This document shows, in pieces, positions 24,098-37,896 of a stretch of 64,000 nt of DNA. The DNA comes from Torpedo marmorata. Lineage: Eukaryota. How positions within the stretch are numbered: position 1 is the first letter of the stretch; the number at the start of each line of letters is the position of its first letter. Under the pieces are notes generated by a model, which saw only the letters and a list, made by a program, of their open reading frames with translations, was not told where the DNA came from and ran no database searches. The stretch is from positions 222,332,001 to 222,396,000 of the forward strand of contig OZ360220.1 of the NCBI GenBank assembly GCA_977017645.1. The letters run 5' to 3'. Both the position numbers and the translations under genes were made by a program.

Positions 24098-26176
24098 AGT
24101 CAAGTCGTCAAGTCACCTTTATTTGTCGTTCATTACCATATACACAGTAAGACAAGATAGCGTTTCTCCAAGACCATGAGCAAATGTACATAAATATCAT
24201 AATACAATAAAAAACTATAACATGCTAATACACATATATATCTAAGAATTGAGGAGCCTGATGGCTTGGGGGAAAAAACTGTTGCACAATCTGGACATAC
24301 GAGCACGAATGCTACGGTACCTCCTTCCAGATGGCAAAAGTGAAAAAAGTTTACAAAAGGGGAGTGAGAAGTCCTTCACAATGTTATTAGCCTTCCTCAT
24401 GCATCGTGTGTTGTAGATGTTCGTCATGGTGGGATCACAAATAATTTGCATCATGCATCGTGTGTTGTAGATGTCTGTCATGGTGGGATCACCAATAATT
24501 TTCTCCGCTGACCCCACTATCCTCTGCAGGGTCTTTCAGTCCGAGATGGTACAGTTTCCAAACCAAGTGGTGATGCAATTGCTCAGAATACTCTCAATAC
24601 ATCCCCTGTAGAATGTAGTAAGGATAGAGGGTGGAAGATGAACTTTCCTCAGCCTTCGCAGGAAGTAAAGGCGCTGCTGGGCTTTCTTGGCTATGGAACT
24701 GGTGTTGAGGGACCAGGTGAGATTCTCCGCCAAGTGTACTCCAAGAAACTTGGTACTCTTTATGACCTCAACGGTAGAGCCGTCCATGGTCAATGGAGAA
24801 TGATCCCCCCGGGCCCTCCTGAAGTTGACAACCAACTCTTTCATTTTATTTACATTCAGATGCAGGTTGTTGGCTCCACACCATTCCATTAGCGACTGCA
24901 CCTCATCTCTGTATGCTGACTCATCGTTCTTGCTGATAAGGCCCACCACGGTCGTATCATCAGCAGCGCTGCCGCTGGTGCGGACCCGCGAGGAGCGTGG
25001 GAGCGGAGATACAGCGCTCCCGCGGGGTCCAGCCGCCCAGTCGACTGCCGTCGGTTCCGCACGGGCTTTGAACGGCCCATTAAAGGAGCCGACGGTGGTT
25101 TTATTTGAGATCCAGCGACCGCGGGGTCTGCGCCCAAGATGCCAGCGCCTATTAATCGGCAGCAGCCACGAGGGGCTGCAGACTCCGGGGAAGCGGGGGA
25201 CTGGAGCAGGGCACCAGTGGACGGGAAGATCACCCCCGTCTGAGAAGGAGAAGCGGAGGAGACGATCCACGGGACGGTGAGCACAGCGGCGGACCGGTGA
25301 GGGGCTCTGAGGTTGAAGGACCAGTGCATGCGGCGGGCTGCTGGCGACTCGAGGCGAGGAACCCGCGGAGGCTGTGGGCTGCTGAAGACTGCTGTCGGGG
25401 GACTCACGACGGGCTGCGGACTGCTGGAGGTTGGCTCGAACTGGCTGGAGGAGTACCAGGTATCGGAACCGGGATGTGAGGGGGTGCCGAGGGCGACCTG
25501 ACTGTGTTGGAGGTTCGGATCTGCAGCTCGGGATGCCGATCGTTTGGACTGGACTCTGTGTGGCTGCGGAAGCGCTGGAGGCGAATCTATGGACACTCGG
25601 TGACTCTGGGGGGACTCTCTTTTGCTTCTCTTTCTCTGACTGTAAGGAATGTTAGAGGCGCTTAGGCAATTTCTGCCGATGGCGAATCTGTCTGCCTTGC
25701 AGCAGGCAAAAAGAAATTTTGTGGTATATGACACTGTCTTATTGCTGTGACAATAAATTGAATCTTGAATCTTGAATCTTGAATCTTGAACTTGATGATG
25801 TGATTCGAGCTGTGTTTTGCTGCACAGTCATGAGTCAGCATAGTGAACAGCAATGGACTAAGCACACAGCCCTGGGGTGCCCCCGTGCTCAATGTAATGA
25901 CCTTAGAAGTGCTGTTTCCAATCTGGACTGCCTGAGGTCTTCCCGTCAAGAAGTCTAGAATCCAATTACAGAGGGTGTTGTTTAGGCCCAGCCCGCTCAA
26001 CTTCCCTATCAGGTACTGAGGTATGATCGTGTTGAAGGCCAAGCTGAAATCAATAAACAGCATTCGAACATACGCGCCCTTATTTTCCAGGTGGGTGAGG
26101 GCTAGATGGAGGGTGATAATGATGGCATCATCCGTAGAGCGGTTAGATCTATATGCGAACTGCAGGGGGTCCAGTG
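24098..26176 (-). mobile_element. 5'-truncated Rex1/Babar-type LINE, split at 24965-25787
   Basis: The minus strand reads [44 protein letters not shown]|ADDTTVVGLIS and [13 protein letters not shown]. The 3' end is AATAAA followed by (GACTT)n. Confidence 0.9.
24965..25787 (+). mobile_element. ~830-bp GC-rich non-autonomous retroelement, copy A
   Basis: Highly similar to 57291-58118 (+) and 54902-55664 (-). It ends TGACAATAAAT followed by (TGAATCT)n. Confidence 0.85.
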
Positions 26177-29100
26177 AACACTCAATGACAAACTTTCCTC
26201 CCTCTTAGAGGGTGAGTTGTGAAAAATGGAAGGCAGCAGAGGCTACTACAGGGGAACACATAGACTTGGATGACCTAAACTTGAATAAAAGAGAAAGAGC
26301 TGGCAATGATTGCATGTGCATTGCTAAGGCTATGGGGATGAAATCATTGAAGGTAATCAAATTTTCACACTTAATCCTCCTTGTCAGATTCCATTTCATT
26401 TTTTATTCCATGAGCTTTTCTGATTTATATGTTCTAGGTGGTGTTTTTTGCTTTACCTGTCCCCCACCAGAACTTTACCTTTGGGCTTTTCTCCCTCCAG
26501 ATAATTATGCTCAAACCGACCAGTAACTGGAGGAACAGCAAGAAGATAATAAAGAAGAAGTCACATCATCACCGACTTCACTCTCCACGTCACCAGCTCT
26601 GAAGTAGCATATCATTTACAGGAGAGAATACAAGCAGAATCTACACCCATCTTGCTGCAGGACTAAGTTAACACCATATGGGAACTTAAGAACCAGGGGG
26701 AGTGATATAGAAGCCAGACAGAGTGGATATGTGCAGAGATTGATGCTTCTATGCAATGTAGTGTGTATTGAATGATAAATTTGTTTGGAATGTTAAGTTT
26801 ATGTTTTTTATTTTATTTTCATAGTGGACACATCTGTATTGTGATGGTCAATCACAGGATATGATTCAGGACTGCTGGAAGATAGGAAATTACTTACTGT
26901 GCTGCTCTATATTGGTGGTTCACTAGAGGTTCAGGCAAAAGGGAGCTGGCTTGCTTATTTGTATCTTTTCTCTTTCACTCTTCTTCATCGTTCTTGTCAT
27001 CCTCAAAACTCATCCACATCAGCTGATCATCATATTGCTGGTGGCAAGGGTAGTTGCACACGATGGCAAGATTGAAACAGATCAGCAAGAGTCTTGACAC
27101 ATTTTAATATTTATTTTGCAAAAGTCAAAATTCACAGCAACTTGGTAGGAAGGGTGCACCATTTTGGTGTTAACCGCTTACTTTTAAAAGGATAGGAGGG
27201 AGGATGCTGCTTAGAAGTTGTATTGGCAGGTGATCTTCTTGTCTTATACACCTGGAGATGGGTCCCAAACATGTAGGACATGGAGGTTCAGCTGCAGCAT
27301 AGAATACAGAGATCTGGGTCTGCAGGAGGGGTGACTGGGTGTTCTGGGGTTTGGTTGCACAAAATTAAAATCGCTGGAGAAACAAATCATTTCAAAGATC
27401 CTTTTTTAATGCTGGAAAAGGGGGAAAGGGTTTTAATAAGAATGGTAATAGAATGTGATGTCTAGCAGCACACTAATGTTGTGGAGGACTTGGGAAAGCT
27501 TATAATAGATCCCCCCCAGAGGCAGTGAAGTAATTGTTTTCCAACATAATTCATAAAAGATTCAAAAAATTATGCTTTATGGTATTCCCATATGCAGTGC
27601 ACAGACATAGAACGTGTACACATCTCTAGTAAATGTATTTGGAGGGAGATTTATAAAGCCTCTTGAGGCTGTGAAATAAGTATTTTTTATTAGTTCTACT
27701 GGACTTGTGAAAGAATAGATGGACGGATGCTTGAAAATGCTGCTTCAACTTACTTAGAATGTGCTCTGTGCTTGTTTTGAACCTCAAGCTTCTAACTCAA
27801 ACAAGGTCATTGCATTAGAGGGGCAATGCCAGGGGATCTCCCACATATACAGATGTCATGGATGGTGACTGTATGAGCCACATGAGATAGGGATGGGAGT
27901 ACAGGGTCGGGAAACATGGTTTTAACCCCCAATGAGATCAGCTGAATATTTGATTTTTTTTAACATGCCAGCCTGGTAATGAATCACTTAGAGAAGTTTG
28001 GTATTTTGAGGAAGCCGGCAACATCTCTGCATCAAACACAATCTTGTTGCCGTTTGACTTCTGCTGCTGGGCCGGCCACCTGAAAACATATTGGGCTAAA
28101 TAATTCCTCCTCTGGCCTATATTTTCTTACAAAAAACATCCTCCTCCTTTCTGACCACTGCCTCTGCTTGTTAAAACTTGGAATCAGAAATTATCTGGGC
28201 TCACCTGTGAGTACAGGGGTGGAGCACTCACATACTGAGGTGAAGAAACATGAATCCATTCATCTGGTTGGGGTTGTAGATGAAGGTTAAATGTTAAATA
28301 GATGCAAATCACTTATTTAATTTGCTTTATTACTGTGTTTTTGGTTATTTTCTCGTAGTTTGAGGTATTTTCAAGTAAATTTATTGTTGATAGAATTTTT
28401 AAATATTTAATTACATTCATTTGATTATTTCCATTTGGTTTAGTCTGTTTTAAAACATCCAGCAGTAACAAAGGGCCTTTGACAATGGCATGCCGTCAAA
28501 AGGCTGTTGGGACTGTCTACATTAAAGCCTTGGTATCTGCCACTAAAGCTAACTTGTGCTCTGTGCTTTGTGAGATTAATATTTCTTAATGTTCAGTCCT
28601 GGAGCTGCAAAAGATAAGGTAAGCAATGCAGAGAAGCTTCCAAATATTTTGAGTGGATGTTGTTGTAAATTCATTTTTGGCCAATTTACTTCTCTCCTGA
28701 AGGTGTTAATTTTTAACGTGACATGTTTCTATGGTTAGTTGCAGCCTTTTGATTCTGAGTGGATCTTGTTTCAAGTTGTGACCATGAATGTCACTGAGTT
28801 ACTTGATCATTTTTGTTCTCATAAAAAGCCCTATTGTGTTCAATTCTAATGTCAACATAATTTCAAATTCTAATATAAAGCACTAATAGTTGATTAGGAA
28901 TGTGAAACTGTGGATGTTTCTCTTCCATAAACCAGTGGCATTTTGTCTGATGATAGCTTTCCAACTTTATTTTTTTTTCAGATTGACTAATTTTGCATAA
29001 AATGGAAATTTACTTTGAGATCTTCTGCTCTATATTCCTCAGTGCTATATAGACATTAGTGTATGTTATATGACTTCTTAGTGCAGTGACCCAGGATATT

Positions 29101-30829
29101 TCAAAACATCTTTTCTGGTGTGTTATTCTTTTGCAAATATAGAATTAGAAGATATTTTTGTAGTTAGAAAGTTCTAAGTGTCCCTGCTATTAACATCTAT
29201 AATGATGTTTCACTTCAGTAATTTTCTGTGATTTTGTTAATTAATTCAGGGTAGATGTTTAAAAATTGGCAATGGGTGCAAAACAAGCAAATATATTGAG
29301 GTAATGTGATAATCAAATCTGAGAAAAGTATAATCTATAATTAGAAAATCAATAGGTTAAGGATTTCCAAAGTACAGGAGTTGCTTTATAATAGTCAGAA
29401 TTGAATGCTGATTACATTATTGCACACTCAAGCAATTGGTTTCTTTTGATAGCTCTAAAATTGCTGTCAATGCTTTTTTCTTAATTAAGGTATTCAGCTA
29501 GTTAATTTATTGTAATAGGAAAACAAAAGTTAATATTGATGAACCCTCAATGGAATGTGCAGTTCTCATGGGTAATGGGAAAATCCTGCTGTTTTCACTC
29601 ATTCATTAATCGCAATTAATGAATAATAATTGAATTCACAGCACAATTTTTCAAAAGTCCTGTACTTATTCAAGTTCATGATTTCAACAGAACAGAAGCT
29701 TTTTGACTCTTCTCTTGTTTGGAGAAGCCATTGGGGGATGCTTGTGCAACATTCATTGACACCTTTCATCACTTTGCTGATTATTAAGAGGACTTTGGGG
29801 TGAGTACTTAGCCAACTGGATTTGCTCCATCTTCAAGGACAAGCCAGAGTGCTGGCCAGGTTTGTTGCATGCAGGAAAAGACTCTTTCATGATAAGAGGG
29901 ACTGAAATGGAACTAAACACTGTGCAATTATCAGCAAACATCTATATTTCTAATGTCTCATGAAAGAAAAGACATCTAAAAGTAGTTGAATGTAGTAATA
30001 AAGACCTGGGAATGGGATACCTGGTTTCAACAAATTCAACTTTTTCCATTTTATGAGGTATAACTTCAGCCAATAATATGTTCAATGTGAGTTTATTGTC
30101 TAATACATAAGTACAGTACAATGTACAGATGCACCAAACCTCTTGTGCTGCATCCAAACGAGTATATAAGAAACACCAATTACAATAGTAAAAAAAATAA
30201 TTTACCACTAATATAAGGCAGAAAAGGAGATAATAAATATTACAGGATAGATAAATAAATAATTAACTAAATCACAAGATAAAGAAAGTGATGTCTCATT
30301 AGTGCGGATAGATCTTTTGGTGGTCCCGGGGTAGTTTATGGTTAGAGTTAGAATAGTCCAGGGACGTTCAAAAGCCAAATAGCTATTGGATAAAAACTGT
30401 TTGTAAGTTGCTTGTGAGTTTTGGTTCATAGGAATCAGAGCAAGAGTGGGAGATCTTTTAAAATGCAAGGCTCATTGCTTGGCTAACTAGCTAATTAACA
30501 GCTACCAATAACAAGATAAGATTAGGCAGAGTGTTTGTTGCGAGTGTAGCCAGTGTAAGAGTGTGATATTGTGGATTTGGCTTGAGGGACCTCAGCAAGC
30601 AGAAGTCCGGCATGATATCTGAATACAATAATTTTGCATGACGATGTCTTGGCAGTTTGTAGCTTTGTATGTTAGAAATTTTGCATTATTTTCAATTTAT
30701 TTAACAATGGGACAACCATATTTCTCTGTGAATATGCATTCTGACCAATCTAAGTATTCAGCAAGAGGAATGATTATTGCTAGATTGTGGAAACATCAGA
30801 TTATGAAATTGAAGTCGAGTCTTAGATAA

Positions 30830-31160
30830 GGAATCACAAAGCATAGAAACAGGCCCTTTTCCCACCAAGTCTGCACTGACCATCAAGCACACATTTACTC
30901 TAATACGTACTACACTAATCCTATTATTATTCTCTCCACATTCCATTAACCCTCCCTAAATTCTACCACTAACCTATACACCTGGACCAATTTATAATGG
31001 CTCACCAACCTGCATATCTTTGGAATGTACAATGTAACTGGAACAGTCAGAGGAAACACACATATTCACAGGATGAATGTACAAACTCCCATGATAGGAC
31101 TCAACATGGGTCCCTGAAGCTGAGGGGCAACAGCTCTGCCAGTCGCACAACTGTGCAAAA
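30830..31160 (-). mobile_element. Decayed tRNA-derived V-SINE
   Basis: The reverse complement contains GGAGTTTGTACATTC and a 3' GGGCCTGTTTCTATGCT, resembling the copy at 33850. Confidence 0.6.
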
Positions 31161-31364
31161 GTTGTAGATTGATAGCACAAGTAACTTCAACAGCGTAAGT
31201 AGCAAGTGATAATACTGAAACGTGACTATAGTAGTCAGTATATAAAGTACAAAGAACAATCATTGTAGTCCATGATATTGTTAGAATTAGGCAGGAATGA
31301 GGAATCAAAGATGGAATTGTGTAGAGTTTGGAACTGGTGATGGTATTATGTTACTGAGCAAAAA

Positions 31365-32171
31365 CAGGTCGAGTACCCCGTATCCGAAGTTCTGAAAACC
31401 GAAAAGATCCAAAAACCGATTTTTTTTTTTTTTAGCGCCGACATGACGTCACAAGTTGAAATAAATTCACCACCTGACTTGCCCATGTGGGGCTCTGACG
31501 CTCTGTTGGCGCCTGTTTGGTAACAACAGAGCTCTGTGGTACAAAACAAAATCTTTGCTTCTGGCCGGGAAGATGCCAAATGGAGCTGGGTTCAAATCTT
31601 CAGCATCGGCTGCAGCTGGAGTCGGCGACGGCAACTTCATTCTCAACATCGGGTGCGGTGCTGTCCACATCGAAGAAGTCACCTCGGGCTCCCGGGCAGG
31701 AGAGGGGACCATAGTCGGGGACCGGCGGTGGGGAGGTGCCGGGGAACGGTGGCGGGGAGGTGTGGGGACCGGTGGTGGCGGTGGGGAGGTGTCGGGGACC
31801 GGCGGTGGGGAGGTGTCAGGGACCGGTGGCGGCAAAAGACAAAAACCATTGTTAATGAGGCAGATGACACTGGAGGAAACATTTGGAAAAGCCATCAAGG
31901 AGAATTTCTAGTGTTTGGTGCTGCATTTGTCTTCTTTTGTAAGCAGAGATCGTTTTTTTTTGGTAAGTACTAAACATTGTTTCATGTGAATTTTTCACTT
32001 GTGGCGTCATGTCGGCGCTCAAAAAGCCTGTCATTGTTTGTTGTTGTTTAACCGCTGATACAGGTATTCTGCTGATGCTACTGTGCTGCTTAGTTCCATT
32101 GTTCCGAAAACCGGAAAAAAAAAGGAAAAACGTCTGGTCCCAAGTGTTTCGGATACGGGGTACTCGACCTG
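31365..32171 (+). mobile_element. Tigger/pogo-type non-autonomous DNA transposon
   Basis: Perfect 24-bp TIRs CAGGTCGAGTACCCCGTATCCGAA. The right flank is TA (the left is AA). It carries a transposase C-terminal-like remnant QKPLLMRQMTLEETF. Confidence 0.88.
31714..31830. repeat. G-rich ~24-bp minisatellite inside the Tigger element
   Basis: About five degenerate units of GGGGACCGGCGGTGGGGAGGTGTC. Confidence 0.85.
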
Positions 32172-32199
32172 TACTGTATGCCACCTATTAGATATAGAA

Positions 32200-33800
32200 A
32201 GAGGAACAATTATCAAACAGATACAAGAACATGAGAGTAACCTTGGGGGCCTCCAGCTATTCTAAATATAGACTGAGAAAAGAAAAAGTGTAAAATAAAA
32301 ATTATTGAGGAATTCTTGAAATATATTTAAGAGAGATTGCTTCTTTGGTTTCCACTCTTACATGGAAGGAAGGCATCCTGGATTAAGTTCTGAGGTATGA
32401 AATGAGGGCCAGGAGTATGTTTTCCTGGGAATATCTTGGGGAAGCAGGATTGAAAGGATTACATGTATCCATGGAGTGAAAGGAAAGAAACAATAAAATA
32501 TAAAAGTAATCACTGGATCAGGGCTAAATTTGATGAACAGAAAAGTATCTGGTGAGGGTCGTTAACAGTCAAAAACAACATGCAAAACAGAAAATAAGCA
32601 ATGAGTTGCTTCAAGGAGGAGCTGGCCAATGTCTCTCAAGGCATAATCCCACAAGAGGGAGAGGAAGAGCATCCAGTGCTAGATTTCCCTGGATGACTTA
32701 AGGTATGGATATTAAAATGAAACTGGAAAGAGATGATAAATGTCAAGTTCATAATGAAGTGGAGAACCAAAACTAACATCAAAATACAGAGGAGAACTGA
32801 AATGAAAATAAGTGGAAGAAAAGGAAATGCATAGGAATAAAATTGTGGGTGTCTCAAAGCAACACCAAAGATATTTTTAACACAAATAATAACAGGGCAT
32901 TTTAAGATGGGGGTGAGATCAAGGTTGAGCTACTGATTGATAATTTTATAACCTAGAAGAAATTATGCTGTCAATGTCTTGGTAAAAGCCGAGAAATTAG
33001 ATATGATAGAAAATAAAAGATAGGTAACTAAAAGATGTGCCAATGGTTTTAAAAAAAATCACTGCATCTTAAATATGTTTTATTTATCAGAGGGAAATAA
33101 CTGTTTGCCTGCCCACCATTTTCAATCATCCTTAGATGTAGTATCAGAGAATTGCAAATGTTATACACTGTTCTACAAATGGAAGAAAGGTAAATAAAGT
33201 AATTACATGCCGGTCAGATTAATGTGGAATCATTTTCAGAAACAAAATCTGTCAGCAGAAGAAATATGGGTTAACCAAAAACTGCCTGCAAAAATGTATA
33301 AAAAGGCAAATTGTGTTTTACTGTCTTTATTAAGTTTTTTTAATTAATGAAGAGGTCTGATAGATAAAAGATGATCAGTAAAATTCATCATAACATTCAA
33401 GGATTGTGAAAGGGTTGAGGACTCATGTATGAAAAATCACTGTACCATCTGTGGATTCTCTTTCTTTGAGCTGAGAAAGTTAAGAAGAAATTTAACAGAA
33501 ATGTTTAATTCATGAAGTGATTTGATTGAGGTTATAAAGAAAATCTACTTTCCCTAACAGTGACACAATAACCAAAGAATGACAATTCAAGATAGAAGAA
33601 GATTATTTTTTAAAAATTAGAGCCTGAAGTTGTCATAGAAGTGGATCCAATAGTAACTTTTAAAAGGAAATCACATAAATGGTCAAAAGAGAGAAAATAG
33701 CAAAGCTATATGAAAATAGTCGGTGATGACAATTGTTTTTTTTTTAAAAAGAGAGCACAGTAACAAGGGCCAAACGATCCCCATTTTGTATGATACTTTG
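32200..33800 (+). mobile_element. Very decayed CR1 LINE remnant
   Basis: Residual motifs in CR1 order: GAATTGCAAATGTTATAC (~33150), AATTACATGCCGGTCAG (NY.PVS), GGCAAATTGTGTTTTACT (GK.CLT). Confidence 0.5.
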
Positions 33801-33849
33801 ATTCATAGCGTAGATTTTATGCCAAAATGATTGGCTCAAGGGATGGTTA

Positions 33850-34115
33850 GGGCAGCACGGTTAGCATTGCGGTTAGCGCAACGCTGTTACAGCGCCAACG
33901 AACAGGACCGGGGTTCAAATCCCACTCTGTCTGTAAGGAGTTTGTACATTCTCCCCGTGTATGCGTGGGTTTTCCCTGGTGGCTCCGGTTTCCTCCCACC
34001 GTTCAAAACGTACCGGGGGTTGTAGGTCAATTGGGTGTAGTTGGGCAGCACGGGCTCGTGGGACGAAAGGGTCTGCTACCGTGCTGTGTGACTAAATTTT
34101 AAAAAAAAATTAAAA
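33850..34115 (+). mobile_element. tRNA-derived V-SINE (HE1-like)
   Basis: tRNA-like head with a B box GGTTCAAATCC, the V-domain-like GGAGTTTGTACATTCTCCCCGTG...CTCCGGTTTCCTCCCAC, and an A-rich tail. Confidence 0.85.
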
Positions 34116-36699
34116 CTGGTAGACTCCTATCCAAGCTTGATGGAACTTCTCAGAAATGTCAAAGTTTATGCCAGTACTCAGGTACAGTTTGACATCATTT
34201 GGGTTAGAACCACTGCCTGTTCCACACAAGATCAACAGCATAGGGGAGATACAGGGTCAAATACAGGGAGCTTCCACATCCCCTGCTAACCAAAACAAGT
34301 TGAGATATACAAACTAGGTTACTCTGAGCTTATTTGTGATCTGTAGCTTTGTCCACTACCTGAACTCTCAACTTCTCCAACATTTTCTCAAAAATTGCCA
34401 TCATTAATCTATCTATCCCTTCAACTTCATTCCCAATCACCTTTTTTGCCTAGGATTGTTTAACCTGGTGCATGCCTCCACAGTCAATCAGTGTTGTTTC
34501 ATGTGTTGCATTATTTCATGTGCAAGTCCTCATTTTGAACAAAATAGTTGATTGGCTGAGTAAGAATATTTTTGTGTAATATTAAGGCGGGGCTTCAGTG
34601 GGTAAGGTTCTATACTGGAAACATTTCATAAAATTAGTCTTTGTTGCTAAACAATAATGAACCTTGGCACCTTTATACATAGAGTGTCCTACTAAGAGAC
34701 AGGCTATTTCAGTTATAAAAATTGTGGAGGACAATTACAACCAACAGAAAAAAATATTCTTTTTCAAATCTGCATTGACTACAATCAAACCGAGATCCCT
34801 AAACTAAAATAACAATCCATTAGTAATGCCAATTAGTTATTGTGGGATTGTGTGCTGAACAAGTTAAAGAGTGATAGAGGATCAATTTCTGAAACTGTGA
34901 TGAGAGTGGAAGTAGTACAATACTGACCCAGTTTGAAATGCTACATAAGTAATATTCTAAGACACAAGCATGATTATTAAATTCATAATCACTGAAATTG
35001 ATCAAAGCCAATAGCCCAAAATGGGCTGATAGAAAATCAGTTGCTGTTTGGCATCACAGTTAACTTTCTTTTCAAAGAATAAAAAATGAAGAAAAAGCAG
35101 ATTAAAATTAAGATTATTTTGCTCATTTTGTGCTATGACTTTGGTCAAATTATTCCCATTCTGTTGTCATTGAGATACAGTTCAGATTCTACAGAATTTG
35201 TCATATTTGACTTATTTTCCATTTGTAAAACAGACAAAATGATGACCAATTTATATGCCAAGTCAGCTTTGAATTAAGATATTCATCGTTGAACCTGTAT
35301 AGAAGAAAAACGCTTGAAGCTGTTTCAAATGATGGCAAACAATCCCACAATAACAGAAAAAGTTTTGCTACCATTGTTTGTGATAAAGAATAATAAGCTT
35401 AGATGAGATGAGACATCCACCTTGTGGCAATTATAAAACTAAACATCATACAGCAGGGAATGGAATCTTATTTCTGAGTTTTACTTTTTAGATAATTAAA
35501 TTTATAGTAAGCCAATATTAACAATTAATGACAGAGTAGCATGCATTGACAAGCTGCAGTAAAATAAATTCTATTTTAGTTTTAGTGTTGATCATACACT
35601 TTATAATTTTCAAGACAACCTGCTAGGAAACCAAATTCTTCAACTACTGAACTGGATGGGTGGCAATGTTATGATGTAGTATTGAACCTATGCTTTGTTA
35701 ACTTCGAAGTATCTATCCTTATTAGTATATCACCTAGTCATATACAATTCTTGACGCTACATCTTCCGTGCCATAGACAAACCATGTGTGCCATTCTTTT
35801 CAAATGGATAAACGGCAGGAGTTTTTGTGGGTTAAGGTTATTTGTTTAAACCATGTTATTGAAGAAAGTCAAAAGTGTGTAAATCAAATGATTGAAATTG
35901 ACAGCAACACACAATGGCATCTTGTTTCAAACTCAGTTTTCTCCCAGAATCATTCAATCAGAAGATAGGCTGATAAATATGTAAACAAAAACCGGAAAGA
36001 ACAAAGGAAGCAATATCTTACAACATAATGCAGGAGCATTTTATTGTCAAGGGAAGACACTCATGTCGCACGATCGTCTGCTGAAAGATATGAAGGTTTA
36101 AGAAAATAGTGTAAATATCGAGAACACCAAATACTAGACCAACTGACAACCTCCCTATCTTTCGGTTTCAACCAAAATTATTCTTTTTCGGCTCGCCGCA
36201 GAGATCCACTGCGGGAAGCCACAACAGCTGTTAATGCATATGATTTCGCAGACGTTATATTTTAGCTCCAGTCAAAATTTACAGCAGTCAGTAATTTGGC
36301 TAGCAGCGTCCGTATTAGGCATAGGTCCTCTATTTGTTCTTATTAACTGCGTTTTAACCTGTCACTCAATCATATAAGCAACGTGTCTGTTTCACCTCTC
36401 TTTAAAGGTTACATTGATTTAACAATTGCAGGGGGTTGTAGCCAGAAAGTAGTTAACAAGAAATCTTCGAAATCATCAGCATTCAAACCCAAACCATTGT
36501 CTTTATAGACTAGTTCTGAATCACTAAAGAAGGCATTCCTGTAGTAAGGAGCACAAACGCTTTTGTGACTGTAGATATAATTTACGATTTGGTTGTTTTT
36601 GAATTGAGCATTGTTAACCAAATATTGAAACGAAAGTTAAAACATGTCAAATACTGGAAGGTACAACGAACTGTACCCGACCCCCATCCTCATTTCTTT

Positions 36700-37896
36700 A
36701 CTCTGGGGTCGGCGTTTATGGAGTCCTTCGAGTCCCCAATCTTTTTTAAATACGCTGTAATGACAGATTGCTCGAGTATTTTGCAAAGAGACATCCGACC
36801 CTAATTAGCCGACATTCCAAACAACGCTCGGGTGGAGTGGAGCACAGGAGAAAAACATTCTCATCTCACGAAACACAGGCAGCGCCCCACGTTACTTTGA
36901 TTGACAGATGAACAAATGTTCCTCTCTTTTTTTTCCCAACTTTTCACTTGCGCTGGAAGGAGGGGTAAAAAGCATCCAAAGACCCAGCGAACGACTGCGA
37001 GCGTTCCGCGACGAGACGTCAACCTTGCTCTTTTTTTTTTTTACCTTCGCCTATTGGTCATTTCTTGAGCTTCGCCTCAACGCCCCACGTGGGGGCAGCC
37101 GGCACGCTCGCTCGCAATTGGAGAACTTACCAATGTGGGCCGTCGCCCAGACCAGACTCCGCCTCTGCCCTGCGGCGATTGGTGAATGAATCATAACATA
37201 ACCAGAGAGCCCGGGAGTTCCAATTCCTGGTTGGTTGGATGCCGGTGCTCATCACAATTGTCGATGGGTCGGTTCATGTGCTCGGCATTCTGGGAATTGT
37301 GGTTTCCTTATGATGTTTCTATGAATAGCTTCGTTTCAAATTAACGGGGCAATGGGACTACAACATCCAAGGCGCAGCTCGCCTGCTGCCCTCCCTTCGT
37401 TTGGGACTGGGGGAATAGGCGAAGTATTGGATCCCTCCACCTCCAGTTTCCCTCGTTGAAGTGAAGTTGACCGGGGTGTGAATATGTAAGAATGTTAATG
37501 ACACCGTGCTTCTAAATTTGGTAAACACAAGTCATTACTTTCGCATGTTATCGGATGAAGGGCAGAGGGAAAGCTGCCGCCTCCGCACTCTGATTGCAGG
37601 TTGGCCGCGCTGCGCTCGCTCTCTTTAATGCTGGAGTGATGGTGTAAGGTTGCAGCGAGCTGCTGCCCGCCGGAGCGGAGCCGAGCCGAATCTCGGATCG
37701 GCGGGCGGGCGTTTCTCTAAGCCTCACCCGAATGTTCCACTTTGTTTCATTGTTCGCATTCTGGAAGGTCGGAGATTGCTACTTTCAACCGGATCTTCTA
37801 CAACTTAGCGACTTTTAAATGAAGCAACTTGAATGAGATAACTCTGCTGGAAAAATTGAGACGCCTTTCAGGGAAAGATCACAAAATCCCAGCGCG
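36700..37896 (+). promoter_or_regulatory. CpG-rich promoter and 5' UTR region of the TLE gene
   Basis: CpG density rises sharply against the flanks. It has several CCAAT/ATTGG boxes (37050-37240), an E-box CACGTG (37086-37091) and ZNF143-like motifs at 37285-37303 (-) and 37357-37375 (+). The TSS cannot be determined from sequence. Confidence 0.8.

Noticed and set aside
24536-25734. 244-aa and 281-aa ORFs as novel proteins
   Set aside because: They are chimeric reads through a GC-rich insert and the Rex1 RT, and are not maintained across the three insert copies.
26190-28200. Possible ancient DNA transposon remnant or exon
   Set aside because: I could not identify any motif, TIR or splice-consistent ORF to support it.
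31467-31973. Gly/Pro-rich overlapping ORFs
   Set aside because: They arise from a G-rich minisatellite inside a Tigger element.
33850-33925. tRNA gene
   Set aside because: It continues directly into a V-SINE body and has no convincing cloverleaf.
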